NCBI GenBank assembly: GCA_011109175.1
Contig: RDEW01000040.1
Span: 1-64,000, forward strand
Origin: Dicyema japonicum
Lineage: Eukaryota > Animalia > Dicyemida
DNA length: 64,000 nt
Reading direction: 5' to 3'
Part shown: positions 47,991-59,149 of the stretch, in pieces
Layout of the letters: every line of letters starts with the position of its first letter
Numbering within the stretch: the stretch's first letter is position 1
Made by a program: the position numbers and the translations under genes
Notes under the pieces: generated by a model
What the model was told of the DNA's origin: nothing
Seen by the model: only the letters and a program-made list of their open reading frames with translations
The model's database searches: none

Positions 47991-48289
47991 GTAAATTAGC
48001 TTTTAGCTTTAAAGATGTGTCTTTCTATGTTTTTTCAGCATTCCGAAAACCACTAACAAAGACTCAAAAAATAACAGAAAAAGTGCGAAACTTTAAAAGA
48101 ACGTATACGACAAGAATGTGTATTAACTAATTCCATTTGATTTTCTATTTTCTGAGTCAGTTTCGACATAGCTTTAGCCACAATTTCTTTCATTAATTAC
48201 TCAGTTGAGACATACAAGTAGGAATCAGAGATAAATAATGCTTCCTTTATAATTTATTTAATAACCCTCGATATACCAGTCCCACAGGT

Positions 48290-48680
48290 GGATATGTGAC
48301 ATGTGTCAACGATACACGAGTGATTTTAAGATTTTGGGAGTGGACATGTCCAGTGCGTTCGACACTGTCAACAGAAAAACATTGTTGGATGTTGCTGGGA
48401 GTTTTCTTGATGAGGATAACACAAGACTTGTCCGTTTCCTATTATCACTGAATTAACTATACGAGTTGGGAACACAACGTCAAAGCCTTTCGGGACAACA
48501 GCTGGAATACCTCAGGGAGACTCTCTATCTCCGGTTCTATTCGTCGTATACCTGGCATTGAGAGATCTTAGAACAAAATGTGAAGGATGCATGCTGATGG
48601 AGATTATATATGCAGATGGGTGTCCAGATATTTTGGCTGACAGGAAATTCTGGTTTTAAAATTCAGAGATAAAATTCAAG
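48290..48680 (+). mobile_element. RTE RT fragment
   Basis: FRTTAGIPQGDSLSPVLF. Confidence 0.6.
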
Positions 48681-48719
48681 ATAAAAACATTTACTTAAAG
48701 AGAAAGCGCAGTCAAAAAT

Positions 48720-49275
48720 ATTTTTCAATAATACTGCTCATAATCTATGGTAAATGGATTAAATTGTAGCCTTTCTCTTTCAGTGTTGAAAATATTTGTT
48801 CATACATTTGTCGAGATTTTTCTCGAGCAATAGCGTACGTACACTGTATGTCAATAAAACAAATAATGGTCTTTTGATGCCGAGATTGTAGGACTTCCTT
48901 GATAAATTTCGTCATTTAAGCGAGGGTAGTAGTTTTGGAGCGAGTCTTCTTAAAGCCATGTTAGAAAAATACGTGCGGGAGGTAAGGTTTAATCTGATTG
49001 AGAATGAGTTTATCAAAGATTTAGGAAGTGGCACACAGGAGGGATATTGGTCTGTACGAAGCTGGTGAGTCCTTCGGCCGTCCGGTTTTTAGGTAAAATT
49101 TTTAATTTGAAATTTTGATTTTTTTATAAAATTATTGAAAAAGATTAGTAAAAATAATTTTTTAATAATGTGTAGCCAATTTGAGAATTCGCCAATTTGA
49201 GAATTCGCCAATTTCTAAGGAAAATTGGCTTTTTTGAACAACTCTTAGCCATATGTTGGCCAATTAGAGAGACTT
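48720..49275 (-). mobile_element. Decayed Tigger/pogo element with TA-CAGTAAAGTCTCTC-type terminus and 16-bp subterminal tandem repeat
   Basis: Degenerate LPP..LQ...QG...KDHY; GCCAATTTGAGAATTC x2.5 at 49175-49214; terminus about 49270. Confidence 0.5.
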
Positions 49276-49329
49276 TACTGTATAAGCAATCTATCACTAT
49301 CGTTTAACACAAAATCATCTCCTCTGAGA

Positions 49330-49835
49330 GTACTTTTGAGTTGATCAGTTAGAACATTACCATCTTGTATTTGATCTGTACGCTGTCGTCGAACAGTACG
49401 TGCAAGGGTTTCTTTTTTGGTAACGCACAAGCAGCATCAATAGGGTATGTGCTTAAACAATTTTGGATAACTGTGGGTGTAGTTTCTTTACAATCTCTCG
49501 CTCTCTTCTTTATCGTATTGACAGTTTTCAACGCATGTAAACGTCTTACATTTAGTGGATGTTCGTGTAGTGTTATAATTCATTAAGTTCATCGTTAACA
49601 GTTCTTACTCTGCCTTTTCCTATCAGCTCACATCTCCAATATATGATGACATTGTCTCTTTGTCTATCCTTAATGTACGCATAGCCATCATGCAGAAGTT
49701 TTCGTTATTAAAATACACGAGTGGTTTGTGAAAATTCTATTTTTTACCGTTATAAAATACATAGTGTATTTATTGATCATTTATGCTTAATTGAATTGTC
49801 GGCTAAACGTCTTTCGGCCAAATGTCCTAGTACCA
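49330..49835 (-). mobile_element. FLYWCH/Mutator-like transposon remnant
   Basis: DGYAYIKDR..IIYWRC (FLYWCH) followed by HEHP-like motif; putative terminus GGTACTAGGACATTTGGCCGAAAGACG. Confidence 0.6.
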
Positions 49836-49849
49836 TGCAGATGACATAG

Positions 49850-50620
49850 ATTTTGTGTCAGTAAATGACCTGGAACTTGGACTTACTTTAGAGAAAATCC
49901 CTGGAGAATTCAAGAAAATGGTCTCTGCGAGTTAATCAGGAAAAGACTGAACACATAAGAATCACAAAGGAATTAAAATATATTGATGAAAATTGGAGGA
50001 AAAAAAGGAAATTGGGATCCTTACTTGGTGATAGTGAGGACATGATGTATAGAAGAGTTCTAGCCACTGCCATGTATAAGAAAATGCAGAAGATATGGAG
50101 TCAACGAAAGCTAATAAAAACAAAAAAAATTTAAGAGTAAGACTATACAACTCATATATAAAACCGGTGCTTATGTACAACTCGGGTACATGGAGGGTCA
50201 CAGAGCTAGAGGTTGGCCCAAGAAGATTTCAAATAATAAATTATACTCTATGGCACAATCGAGGCCAATCAGCATCGACATTATTGAATCAAGGTGGAGA
50301 CTGTTCTGCCACGTGCTCAGAATGGACATAAACGGCCCTGAAAATATAATAATGGACAATTACTTTAACAATGAGAACAACCCATCATTCAGAGGAAGAC
50401 CCATAGTCACTCTACCAGTGGCTCTGAACAAGGATCTTAATGGGATTTGAAGAAATCTTAAATCTGCAGAAGACCTAGAAGATCTAAGGACAGATGCGCA
50501 AAGCAGAGGCGATGGAGACGCCTAGTGAAGCAGATTGTAAAACGTGTGGCACAAACGGGACCTTAGTTAATATAACGTTCTTAGGTTCTGTGAAAGTGTT
50601 TAATAATAATAATACCAGAA
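49850..50620 (+). mobile_element. 5'-truncated RTE LINE
   Basis: RVRLYNSYIKPVLMYNSGTW, SRWRLFCHVLRM, RGRPIVTLP; TAATAATAAT tail. Confidence 0.82.
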
Positions 50621-51022
50621 AGAGGTCAAGGGTTAATTATCGGCTAATTAAGGTATATTCAGTTATCAAGATCGGAGTAATATGCCCTACATAACGTTAA
50701 TCCATATAGCCATTGTTAAAACAGCTACAGTGAAATAGAAAAGAGATAGATGCCTCCCGAGACAGCTGGATTAACTAATGCTTTTTAGGATTTGAAAAAA
50801 TCTTAGAGCATAACAAAATCCTTCGACTAGTGGAAATCGACCTACAGCTAATCGTGACTTGATCGACAAGACTAATGATATCTACCTTCGCTTTTGAAAC
50901 TGATCAATCCTAATGTTTTATTAAATCATGATAATTTTAACTTCCAGAAAATAACTCAAATGAGAAAATCTATTTTCTAAATATAATAAATTAGTTAATT
51001 CTTTAACAGTAAAGCCCAAAAA

Positions 51023-54000
51023 TTACTCCACATTCAGACTCCAACCGTGGAAACATCGCTTAAACAAATTGGACTCCTTATGCTGTCTTTGAATCACAAT
51101 TTTCCTCGGTTTTGAAACTTGAACTGTCCCCAGGTGCTTAGCATACACCTACGAATATATCAATTTGTACAACAGAAGAAGAGTTCAGAGCGAGTCTCAC
51201 GTCAACAGCATTCACTTCTGTAGGAAACCAAACAAACACGTGTTTTCCATCATCCAAAATCATCGGAAACTTGTCAGACAGATCATTCTAGCACATAAGC
51301 TGACAAACCAACCTTGCTAAAGTCAGAGTACTTTTCCACCACAGTGAAGCAGTCATTCAAACTAAATGCTCTGAAGAGTCTCAAATCCTTAAGGAAATAT
51401 CCTTCCTACAAATAAGCAGAGTTTATGCCTTAGCGTAGTCATCAGTCCTTCCGCCTAGTATCTCCCAAAAGTAGTTGTCTGGTTCATTTCCTTCGTCGAC
51501 CACATTCAAAGCGTACCCACGTGACTGAATCATACTAAAAGTAACCCCAAAGTTCTTGTGGGCTATGTTTTCGGCAATCTCAGACTCAAGCACACTAGCA
51601 TTCTGGCCAATCCAAACATACACAACTCCAACCACATCCCCTTCAAAGGGCACAACCAACAGACAGCACAGATTTGAATTCAAATTTTGGGGGTGCACGT
51701 CCACCTTCACGTGACAAACATCCCCAACCTGTATGCATCGCAGAGTTATGGTCCCAGCGGTTGCTCGAAGAACAAACATCTGAGGAGTTTGGTCGTTAAC
51801 ACTCCCAGAATAGATTACAAAGTGTCTGTCGAATAGCGCGAGGAATCTCAAATCCTCCTTTTGCTGCAAAGTAAGTTAGAAACATACCTGCTCCAGTTTG
51901 ACGACATCTAATGACGTTTTCAGAGTCTTCTCCATCGTTGGCTTGAGGCTGAACTTAAGAAATCATAATACCTCAGAAGGAACTGCAACCATGCACCCAC
52001 AGGAGCGTGATTACCCTCCCAGAAATATGCCCGGTACAGAACTTCTTCCTCTTCGTCGACAAAATTGACCACACTGCATACAAACAAGTAGCATATATCA
52101 TCCCGAAAATTGCCTGAATTACCGTCAAAAGAAACCATATTCCTCTTTTGGGAGATTCACAAACTTTCGTCGATCAAACACGTAAGCGATCAGCAACTCA
52201 CAGTTTTCCTTGTAGTCTAGAATGAGGGAATCACATTCTTCGTCCGTTAAGTCCCGTTTCCGTGGATAAAACAACGCACTTAAGTCACTTTTCATCTTCT
52301 CTTTTGCAATCTGAGTCTTCTCTCCTCCATTTTCTCCAGATTCAACCACATCAAACGAACCAACAGGAGTTCTGATGATTGCTCCAAGGGAGAGAAAACT
52401 TTCCCAGTCCTCAAAGTAAGATTTAAATATCAGAGTCTCGTCCCTTTTGTCAGAAAAGAGCAAACCCTTCTTTGAAGAACTTAATAGATGAGTGCTTTGG
52501 CCGGGGAATCATTATGAACAGTTCCTCGGACAGTTTCAGGCCAGCATTACACAACAAAATGGGGGACTTCCTCCCTTTCCTGCAATTTCAACGACAAACT
52601 AACCAAACATAAACTACAGTAATTGTGTCAAGAATGTACACATTATTTGTGTTCAACAGTTCTTTTTTCAGCGGATTTGACCCAACGGAAACTGAAACTA
52701 CTACGGAAATTCTACCTTGGGGTAACTCAAGGAATCGCTTGTTAAAATTGACTTGATATAACTTTTGGTCGTGCTCCATCAGCTGATCAATTTCATCAGA
52801 ATTCTATATAATTCAGTAAAGTACATATTCCCCTCAGGGACCAATTCAGCAAGATCGTTTTCACTCAAGGTCACAACACGGGCACGTGACTTGTATTCAT
52901 GTTTGCTAATGTTCTCACCAATCAGTCTAAAATATTAAATCGCTTATACCTAGCCTTTGAGATTAGGAAATCACTAAACTTTCCAGAAGGGTAAATGTAG
53001 ATGACAGAATCCATCTCCAATAAATATATTCCAGGTCTCTCCCTCATAAGCAGAGCACTTAAAGGTACCTGACAAATCAGAAAAAAAATAACAGAAATGG
53101 CATGTGGGTTTAAGTTCTTAAGGATCAATAGATAGCATTTGTTCGATGCTGAAAAGGACTCTCCAACGGATGAGAACAACCCCGTCAGGGCGTTTTCCCC
53201 ACTGATATGGTGGATAGACAATCCCATTCTTTCCATAAGATTAACGAACTCCTCAGATTCGTCTCCCATTTCTTCTCTGTGAGTACGTGAGGAAGAATTT
53301 AAGAAATTCCGCAAATTCACGGCGTGGATAGCGGCAGCTGATTTTTTATCAATCTACTATAGAAAAAACAGATTAACTGAGGATTCAGTGCCGATCAGAA
53401 AGAATATTTCGTGTGAGATGTCACCTTTCTCACCGCACGTGGTCTCCAGTATTAAATAACAGTCTCCAAGGAAAAAATGCCCGAATAATTCTCCTGTAGA
53501 AAAAACAGATTACCTGGATTTAGTTCGACAGGGTAGAACTCATTCATTTCGAATATAATCAGTCCTGGGGGTATATATATGAACAAACCTGGAGTTTGAC
53601 CCACGTGTGGCTCAAAAATGTTGGAATAGTCAATGTTTGGTCTCTCCAAATTCTCGTCCCATCTCTTCTTAATCCTGAAATTACACATAAAAGAATACTC
53701 TACATCACTTGTTGTAGCTGTGTTCTGAGACCTTTCAGCACTCATTTTGAGTCCCTTAGGTTAAGTCAACCACAACCTCCAGTACTTTTTCGCTCGAATC
53801 ACCAGATGGGGAATCGTTACTTCGCAGTAGTTTAAGTCTCTTCTTTATCAGTTCTTTTCCTGTTAGTTTAACTGCAGTGACTCATTATACAACAACCTTC
53901 GACTGGTTTGGGGGCCAGAACTCCAGATGCCTCCAGTTGGGTGTTGAGAGAAAAGTCGATTCCATGAGAGGGATCCAAAGTTGGCTTCTCCATGGGAGGA

Positions 54001-55345
54001 TGTGGGGGAAGTATCAAGTCGGGGTTGGCAGTGTAGTCAATCTAAATTCTGGAATGAAGAAAAACATTAATATCCCTGCGTCTGTGAAAGGCAACTGGTA
54101 AGGTCTTTAGTTTGTTAATGGAGACATTCAAGGTCTTGAGATTCTTACATCTACAATATACAGCACAGAGAACCTAAAGAGACTGTCTGGTAGAGATACG
54201 AAATTATTGTCAGACAAATTGAGGCTGAGTAGGGAGACTAGTTTGTTAATTCCACTGGGCAGTCCTGTTTGGTCGAGTTTATTTCCGGAGAGAAAGAGGA
54301 CCTTGAGAGTCAGCAGTTTCAAGATGGAAATCTGTCAATGACATGAATCCTTACAGGAATGATGGCAATGCTGTTTCTGGAGAGATTGAGGTATTCCAAT
54401 TGGGAGAATGACTTGATATTCGAAGTGAGAGTGGAAATGTTGTTATCTGACAGGTTTATGTGCACTAGTTTGGTCAGCTCGTATAAACAGTCTGGGATTT
54501 TGGTAAGTTGGTTGCAGGAAAGGTCAATTTCTGGGGTGAGAATAACAATTACTAGTCAGATTAGACAGGTGATTCAGATTAGAGGGAAGGTTTTGGTCAG
54601 TTCTGAAAGTATTGTTCAATTCCAATGTTTGGAGGGATCTCAGTCCGGAGATTTGTCTGCAATAAAAGGATCACTTGCCTCAGTTGTGATTGAGCAAGGG
54701 GATTGCCACTGAGGATGAGGACTTTTAGGTGAAGAAGTCGTCTTAGTTGGGGCGGAATGTTTTCTGGTCAAAAAAATGAATACCAAATTTATTATGACCC
54801 AAATTAAGGTAGACTAGTCCGATTAGGGATTTTAAGACATCCCCGGATATTTTTGAGATCCCATTGTAGCTCAGATTGAGGATCAGTAGAGAGGAGGCGT
54901 CTTCAATGTGGTTGGGAACGTCTATGAGTTCATTGTGGCTCATATCCTGCCAGTAAGTGACAAAAACTCACCACAACGGACAAATCTCTTATAGAGAAAA
55001 GATCAGAGGGGATCCCGTAGTTCTTAAGTCGATTCCTGGAGAAGTTGATTGACCTCAAAGCAGGCAAATTCGACAGATCCCCGTGAATGCTTAACAGTTG
55101 GTTATTCGCAACTGACAAGTATTCCTGTGAGTTTAGAATGACGGTCTACCAGTTTATGAAGCTTGAAAAGGTCATTTGGCAGTTTACATAGCTTCATGTT
55201 ATCCAAATTGACCCATCTAAGAGACTGTAGTTGGCCCAAACGTCCCTGAAACGTTTGATCCTGTCATAATTGAAACACTTACATTAAAGTCATTGTAGCT
55301 AAAGTCTATTCCGTGGACATAAGGCAAAAGACCAGTTGACCCCAT
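51023..55345 (-). CDS. FLII: Flightless-I (LRR plus gelsolin repeats), more than 20 micro-introns including two GC-AG
   Basis: [20 protein letters not shown] start, LRR array, [32 protein letters not shown] end; introns mostly 20-25 nt. Confidence 0.97.
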
Positions 55346-55411
55346 AATAAACTAAATAATTAAAAATAAATTAATAATTAATACTAATAATTATTAATTT
55401 TTTAAATAAAA

Positions 55412-55906
55412 TTATAATCTTTTTAAAAACGGTCTTTTAATTCCACCAAATCGCAGCTGTCCTGACTCTTTTCTTCCCCCTAATCCGCCACCTAGCCTTC
55501 TAGGAATCCACCCGGGCATCACTCGCCCACGTTCGTAATCGACAAAAACTGACTTTCCATCAATTATCACTGCTGGGGAGATTGCTTTCTTAGCATATCT
55601 TGTTCTAGAAAATTCCACAAAAGCGTAGCATTTGGAAAATCCTGTGACAAGATCCCTCACGAGTCTCACATTCTTTATCCTTCCAAATTCTGACAATCTT
55701 TCCTTTATTTTTGTCTCGTTAGTGTCTGGATCAAGTCCACCAACAAAGACGGTACTATGAGGGTCTCCTTTGGCACGAGTATTTGCAGTGTGATGAGCTT
55801 TCATTGCTCGAATAATTCCTTTATCGTGAATAACCCTGTCATTTCCATCGATATTCCCACTTCTCACAGGGTCGTATTTACCACCAATGAAGCCCTCCAC
55901 AGGCAT
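55412..55906 (-). CDS. SNRNP35: U11/U12 small nuclear ribonucleoprotein 35 kDa protein (U11-35K), intronless
   Basis: YDPVRSG.IDG.D...HD..I.RAM, GDP..TVFVG, RLVRDLVTGFSKCYAFVEF, VDYE...MPGWIPRRLGGGLGGRKESGQLRFGG..RPF; lacks the long RS/RE tail of U1-70K. Confidence 0.95.
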   Translation of the reverse strand: MPVEGFIGGKYDPVRSGNIDGNDRVIHDKGIIRAMKAHHTANTRAKGDPHSTVFVGGLDPDTNETKIKERLSEFGRIKNVRLVRDLVTGFSKCYAFVEFSRTRYAKKAISPAVIIDGKSVFVDYERGRVMPGWIPRRLGGGLGGRKESGQLRFGGIKRPFLKRL

Positions 55907-56099
55907 TACACAATTTTATCTCCCATTGGAATTTAAATTTATTTTAAAATTTTTTATTTATTCGACTATCAAAATTATGTTTTATTATTATTATTAACCC
56001 CAGGCTTACCATTGAAGCCCAGCACAAACAGTCATAGCTAACTAATTTATTATAAACAAACAAGATTTTTGCTTCAAAAGTTCATTCAAATTTAAAGTA

Positions 56100-56940
56100 G
56101 TGGTTGGCAAACTTTTTCTTTGAACGACTTGGGAGGGTCATCTGTGGTACCTCAGATCAAGTTCACGAATACCCCAGGGTTCTCCCCCTTTTCCGACTCT
56201 TCATCCTATTCCTTCACGACTTACCAAATGACGGAAACGAAGTCTCTTTGTTACTATCCTACGAGGATGATTCAATGATTGCATCACGGAATCGTTCGAC
56301 TTAAGTTGCAACCTCTAATGTCCAGGCTAAAGTGAATATTGTCTACGATTGGTTTTTTGTCAACCGCCTCACGATTTCTGCCGAAAAATCACTATGTACT
56401 TTATTCACGTCAGACCGTCGTTCCAAAGAAGATCCGAGAATTTTCATTGGGTCTGTTCAGATACCAGTAACAAGGTCTACCTCAAATCCCGGATTAACGT
56501 AATACAGGTAATTGAATTTCAACTCACATTATAAGAAAGTCATCACTGAAGGCCTCCAGAAGTTTAACGTTGTACTTGTCTGAATGATGTCGAATATTCC
56601 TTTGTTGCGGCATATTCGGGTTATTGGATACTACCCTCCACAGACTCAATTCAATATACCGGAAAACTATTCATATGTCGGGCCCTCATATTGGATCAAT
56701 AGTCAAGCTACGACTCGTAGTCGCGGATCTGGATTCCTTCGGGTCTGTAAGGAAGATAGAAAACCCGCTTGGCCTGTCCTTTTCCAAAGCAAAGAAAGTC
56801 GATTTGTTAAGAAGTTTCCCTCCCCAATCAGATTCCTCTGCAGGGATGAGAAAAGGCACTTTCGTATGGTAGTGGGAACAACAGAAGACCACAGACGTTG
56901 GATAACCCGATTAATTACTGGAACTTGGATTACCTAACTG
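56100..56940 (+). mobile_element. Jockey-like LINE 3' part (family of 29370-30860)
   Basis: FILFLHDLPNDG..LLLSY.DD, RSRGSGFLRVC..ITGTWIT*. Confidence 0.75.
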
Positions 56941-56956
56941 TATGATGTTACCTATT

Positions 56957-58600
56957 CAGATTTCACGAACCAACAAAAAACCACGTTTCTCATAATTAAT
57001 TAAAACTAAAAGGCAGGAAAAGTCTCAAGGAACATAACTAATTGTCTCAGGAAATGATCTTGAATGTTTGAAGGCTAAAAGGTCACTATAGGATATCCAA
57101 GGAACGCTTCCGAAGCTTGGATTTACCCGCATTGACAAACCGTTACTTTTGTCGTCATTCATAGTAGCATATGAAATTGCGAAATCAAAGAAGTCACATA
57201 CTATTGCAGAGACTCTTATTAAACCTTGTGCATTGGAAATGGTGAAAACAGTTCTGGGTCCAGACGCCTCTCGAAAACTGCAGCAGATTCTTTGATCAAA
57301 TAATTATGTCTTGGATCGAATTAATTGATGATATTCTTAAACAAGTTGTTTCGGACATAAGAATTCTTGCATCAAAATTTCAATCCAGTTGGATGAATCT
57401 ACCCATTGCAGTCAACAGTTGGCTTTGTTCGCTATGTACAAGAAAATTTAATTGCGTAAGAGTTTCTTTTTGTGCAAACCTCTCGAAACGGTAGCCTATG
57501 CAAAAAATATTTTCCATATAATTGAGACTTTTTTAATGAACATGATATTCCATTGGATATTATCGGGTCAATTTGCACGGACGGTGCTCCGGTTATGCTG
57601 GGAAACAGGTAGGGGTTTGCAGCCCATTTGAAAAAACATGTTCCAGGTTAAATGTTACTCACTGTATTCTTCATCTTGCATGCACTCGTATCGAAGTCTT
57701 TGCCGATTAAGTTAAAAAATGTGTCAAATCGTGAATTTTATTCGAGGAAGGGATTTGAATCATAGACTATTCAAAAGCATTATGTATTGATTATGATGCC
57801 GAAGCCACTGTTCACTTTTATCTTACCGATGTTAGATGGCTGTCAAGAGGTCGTGTTATGACAAGATTTTTAATTCTCTGACTTGAAATCGAACAATTTT
57901 TATTTGAAAAAAACTCTGAACTACTTGATTGTTTCAAATCTCCAAATTTTGTTATTTTGTTGGCATATTTAGCTGACATTTTCAATCACCTTAACCAATT
58001 GAGTCTTTCAATTCAAGGGAAAAAGATGCTTCTGACAATATACGTGCCTTCAGTAATAAACTGTTGTTGTGGACTCGACGTACGTATTTTTCCAATTTTC
58101 CAACACTGGATGAAATCGGCATTGAATCCAACTCGACTTTTGATAAAATTATTAAAACAAATCAACAGTCATGTTGAATGTTTAAAACTTTTATTTGATG
58201 GATACTTTTCAATTGGAAATAAAGAATCTGATACCTAGATTGTTAACCCATTTGCTTTCAAAATAGTGAAGATGGCGATAGAGATGAGGATAAAGACAAT
58301 TTGATTGAAATGCAAGCATGTACATCACTGAAAATGTTGTACGGCTCAAATTCTTTGGATGTTTTTTGGAGCGGTTCCCAAGTTGGGTTTCAGACCCTTG
58401 AAAAAAACTGCAAATTCTGGTTCCATTTGCAACAACTTGGCTATGTGAATCTGGATTTTCATCTCTAGCATATATAACAAAATAAGTACTGAAACCCTCT
58501 TAACCCTGAAAACGATCTCAGAATTACACTATCAAACAAAAAACCACGTTTCGAATAATTAATACTAAAAAGGCAGGAAAAGTCTCAAGGAACACAACTA
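56957..58600. repeat. About 80-bp direct repeat (56957-57040 and 58519-58600), the hAT 3' end duplicated in front of the transposase
   Basis: AACAAAAAACCACGTTTC..ATAATTAA..AAAAGGCAGGAAAAGTCTCAAGGAACA.AACTA in both. Confidence 0.88.
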
Positions 58601-58680
58601 TTTTTTTAATAAAATTCGAATTCTGTTAGATTTAAAATCGGGGGGTGTGAGGTTGGTTTTTAAAATTTTTTGGGGTGAGA
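57060..58680 (+). mobile_element. hAT Buster/ZBED8-like transposase, decayed
   Basis: AYEIAKSKKSHTIAETLIKPCA, FSIQLDES, ICTDGAPVMLG, DVRWLSRG, LAYLADIF..LN.LSLSIQG, PFATTWLCESGFS. Confidence 0.87.
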
Positions 58681-59149
58681 ACTCAAACGAATCAGGAAAT
58701 GCTGCACTAAAGCCATCAGAAGCCTTGCTATCAACAAGCTTTCAGGAACAATTATTTACGAAAGCGGAGCTTCCCTACCGCAGAAAGTTCCTGCCATTTG
58801 CCGCACCTACGTTGTGGTCACCACATTGATTTACGTTCGTATCTGTATGGAGTTTGACAATCGTCCTATCCATTTTTCCCGTCATGCCTTCTTGACGACC
58901 AGAAGACCTCTTCGCTTGTCCAGCTCCACCTCCAAGTTCTGCACAGAACCAAATACACCTGTCGGATCTCTGGGAGCGTCCGCTCTTGGCTTTGACGTTC
59001 TTGTTAGCCATCGGTTTTTTTCACTAGAAGGAACCGGGGAGTAAATAAATAATATTACAAGACGTCCATATGGATGACCTAGCAATTTCTTTGTTTTATC
59101 TTTGTTACTTCTGCCAGTCAGTGTAGAACCTTATCCGAGTCCCGATTTT

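Noticed and set aside
49175-49214. CRISPR-like or regulatory repeat array
   Set aside because: Only 2.5 adjacent 16-bp units with no spacers; typical transposon subterminal repeats in eukaryotic DNA.
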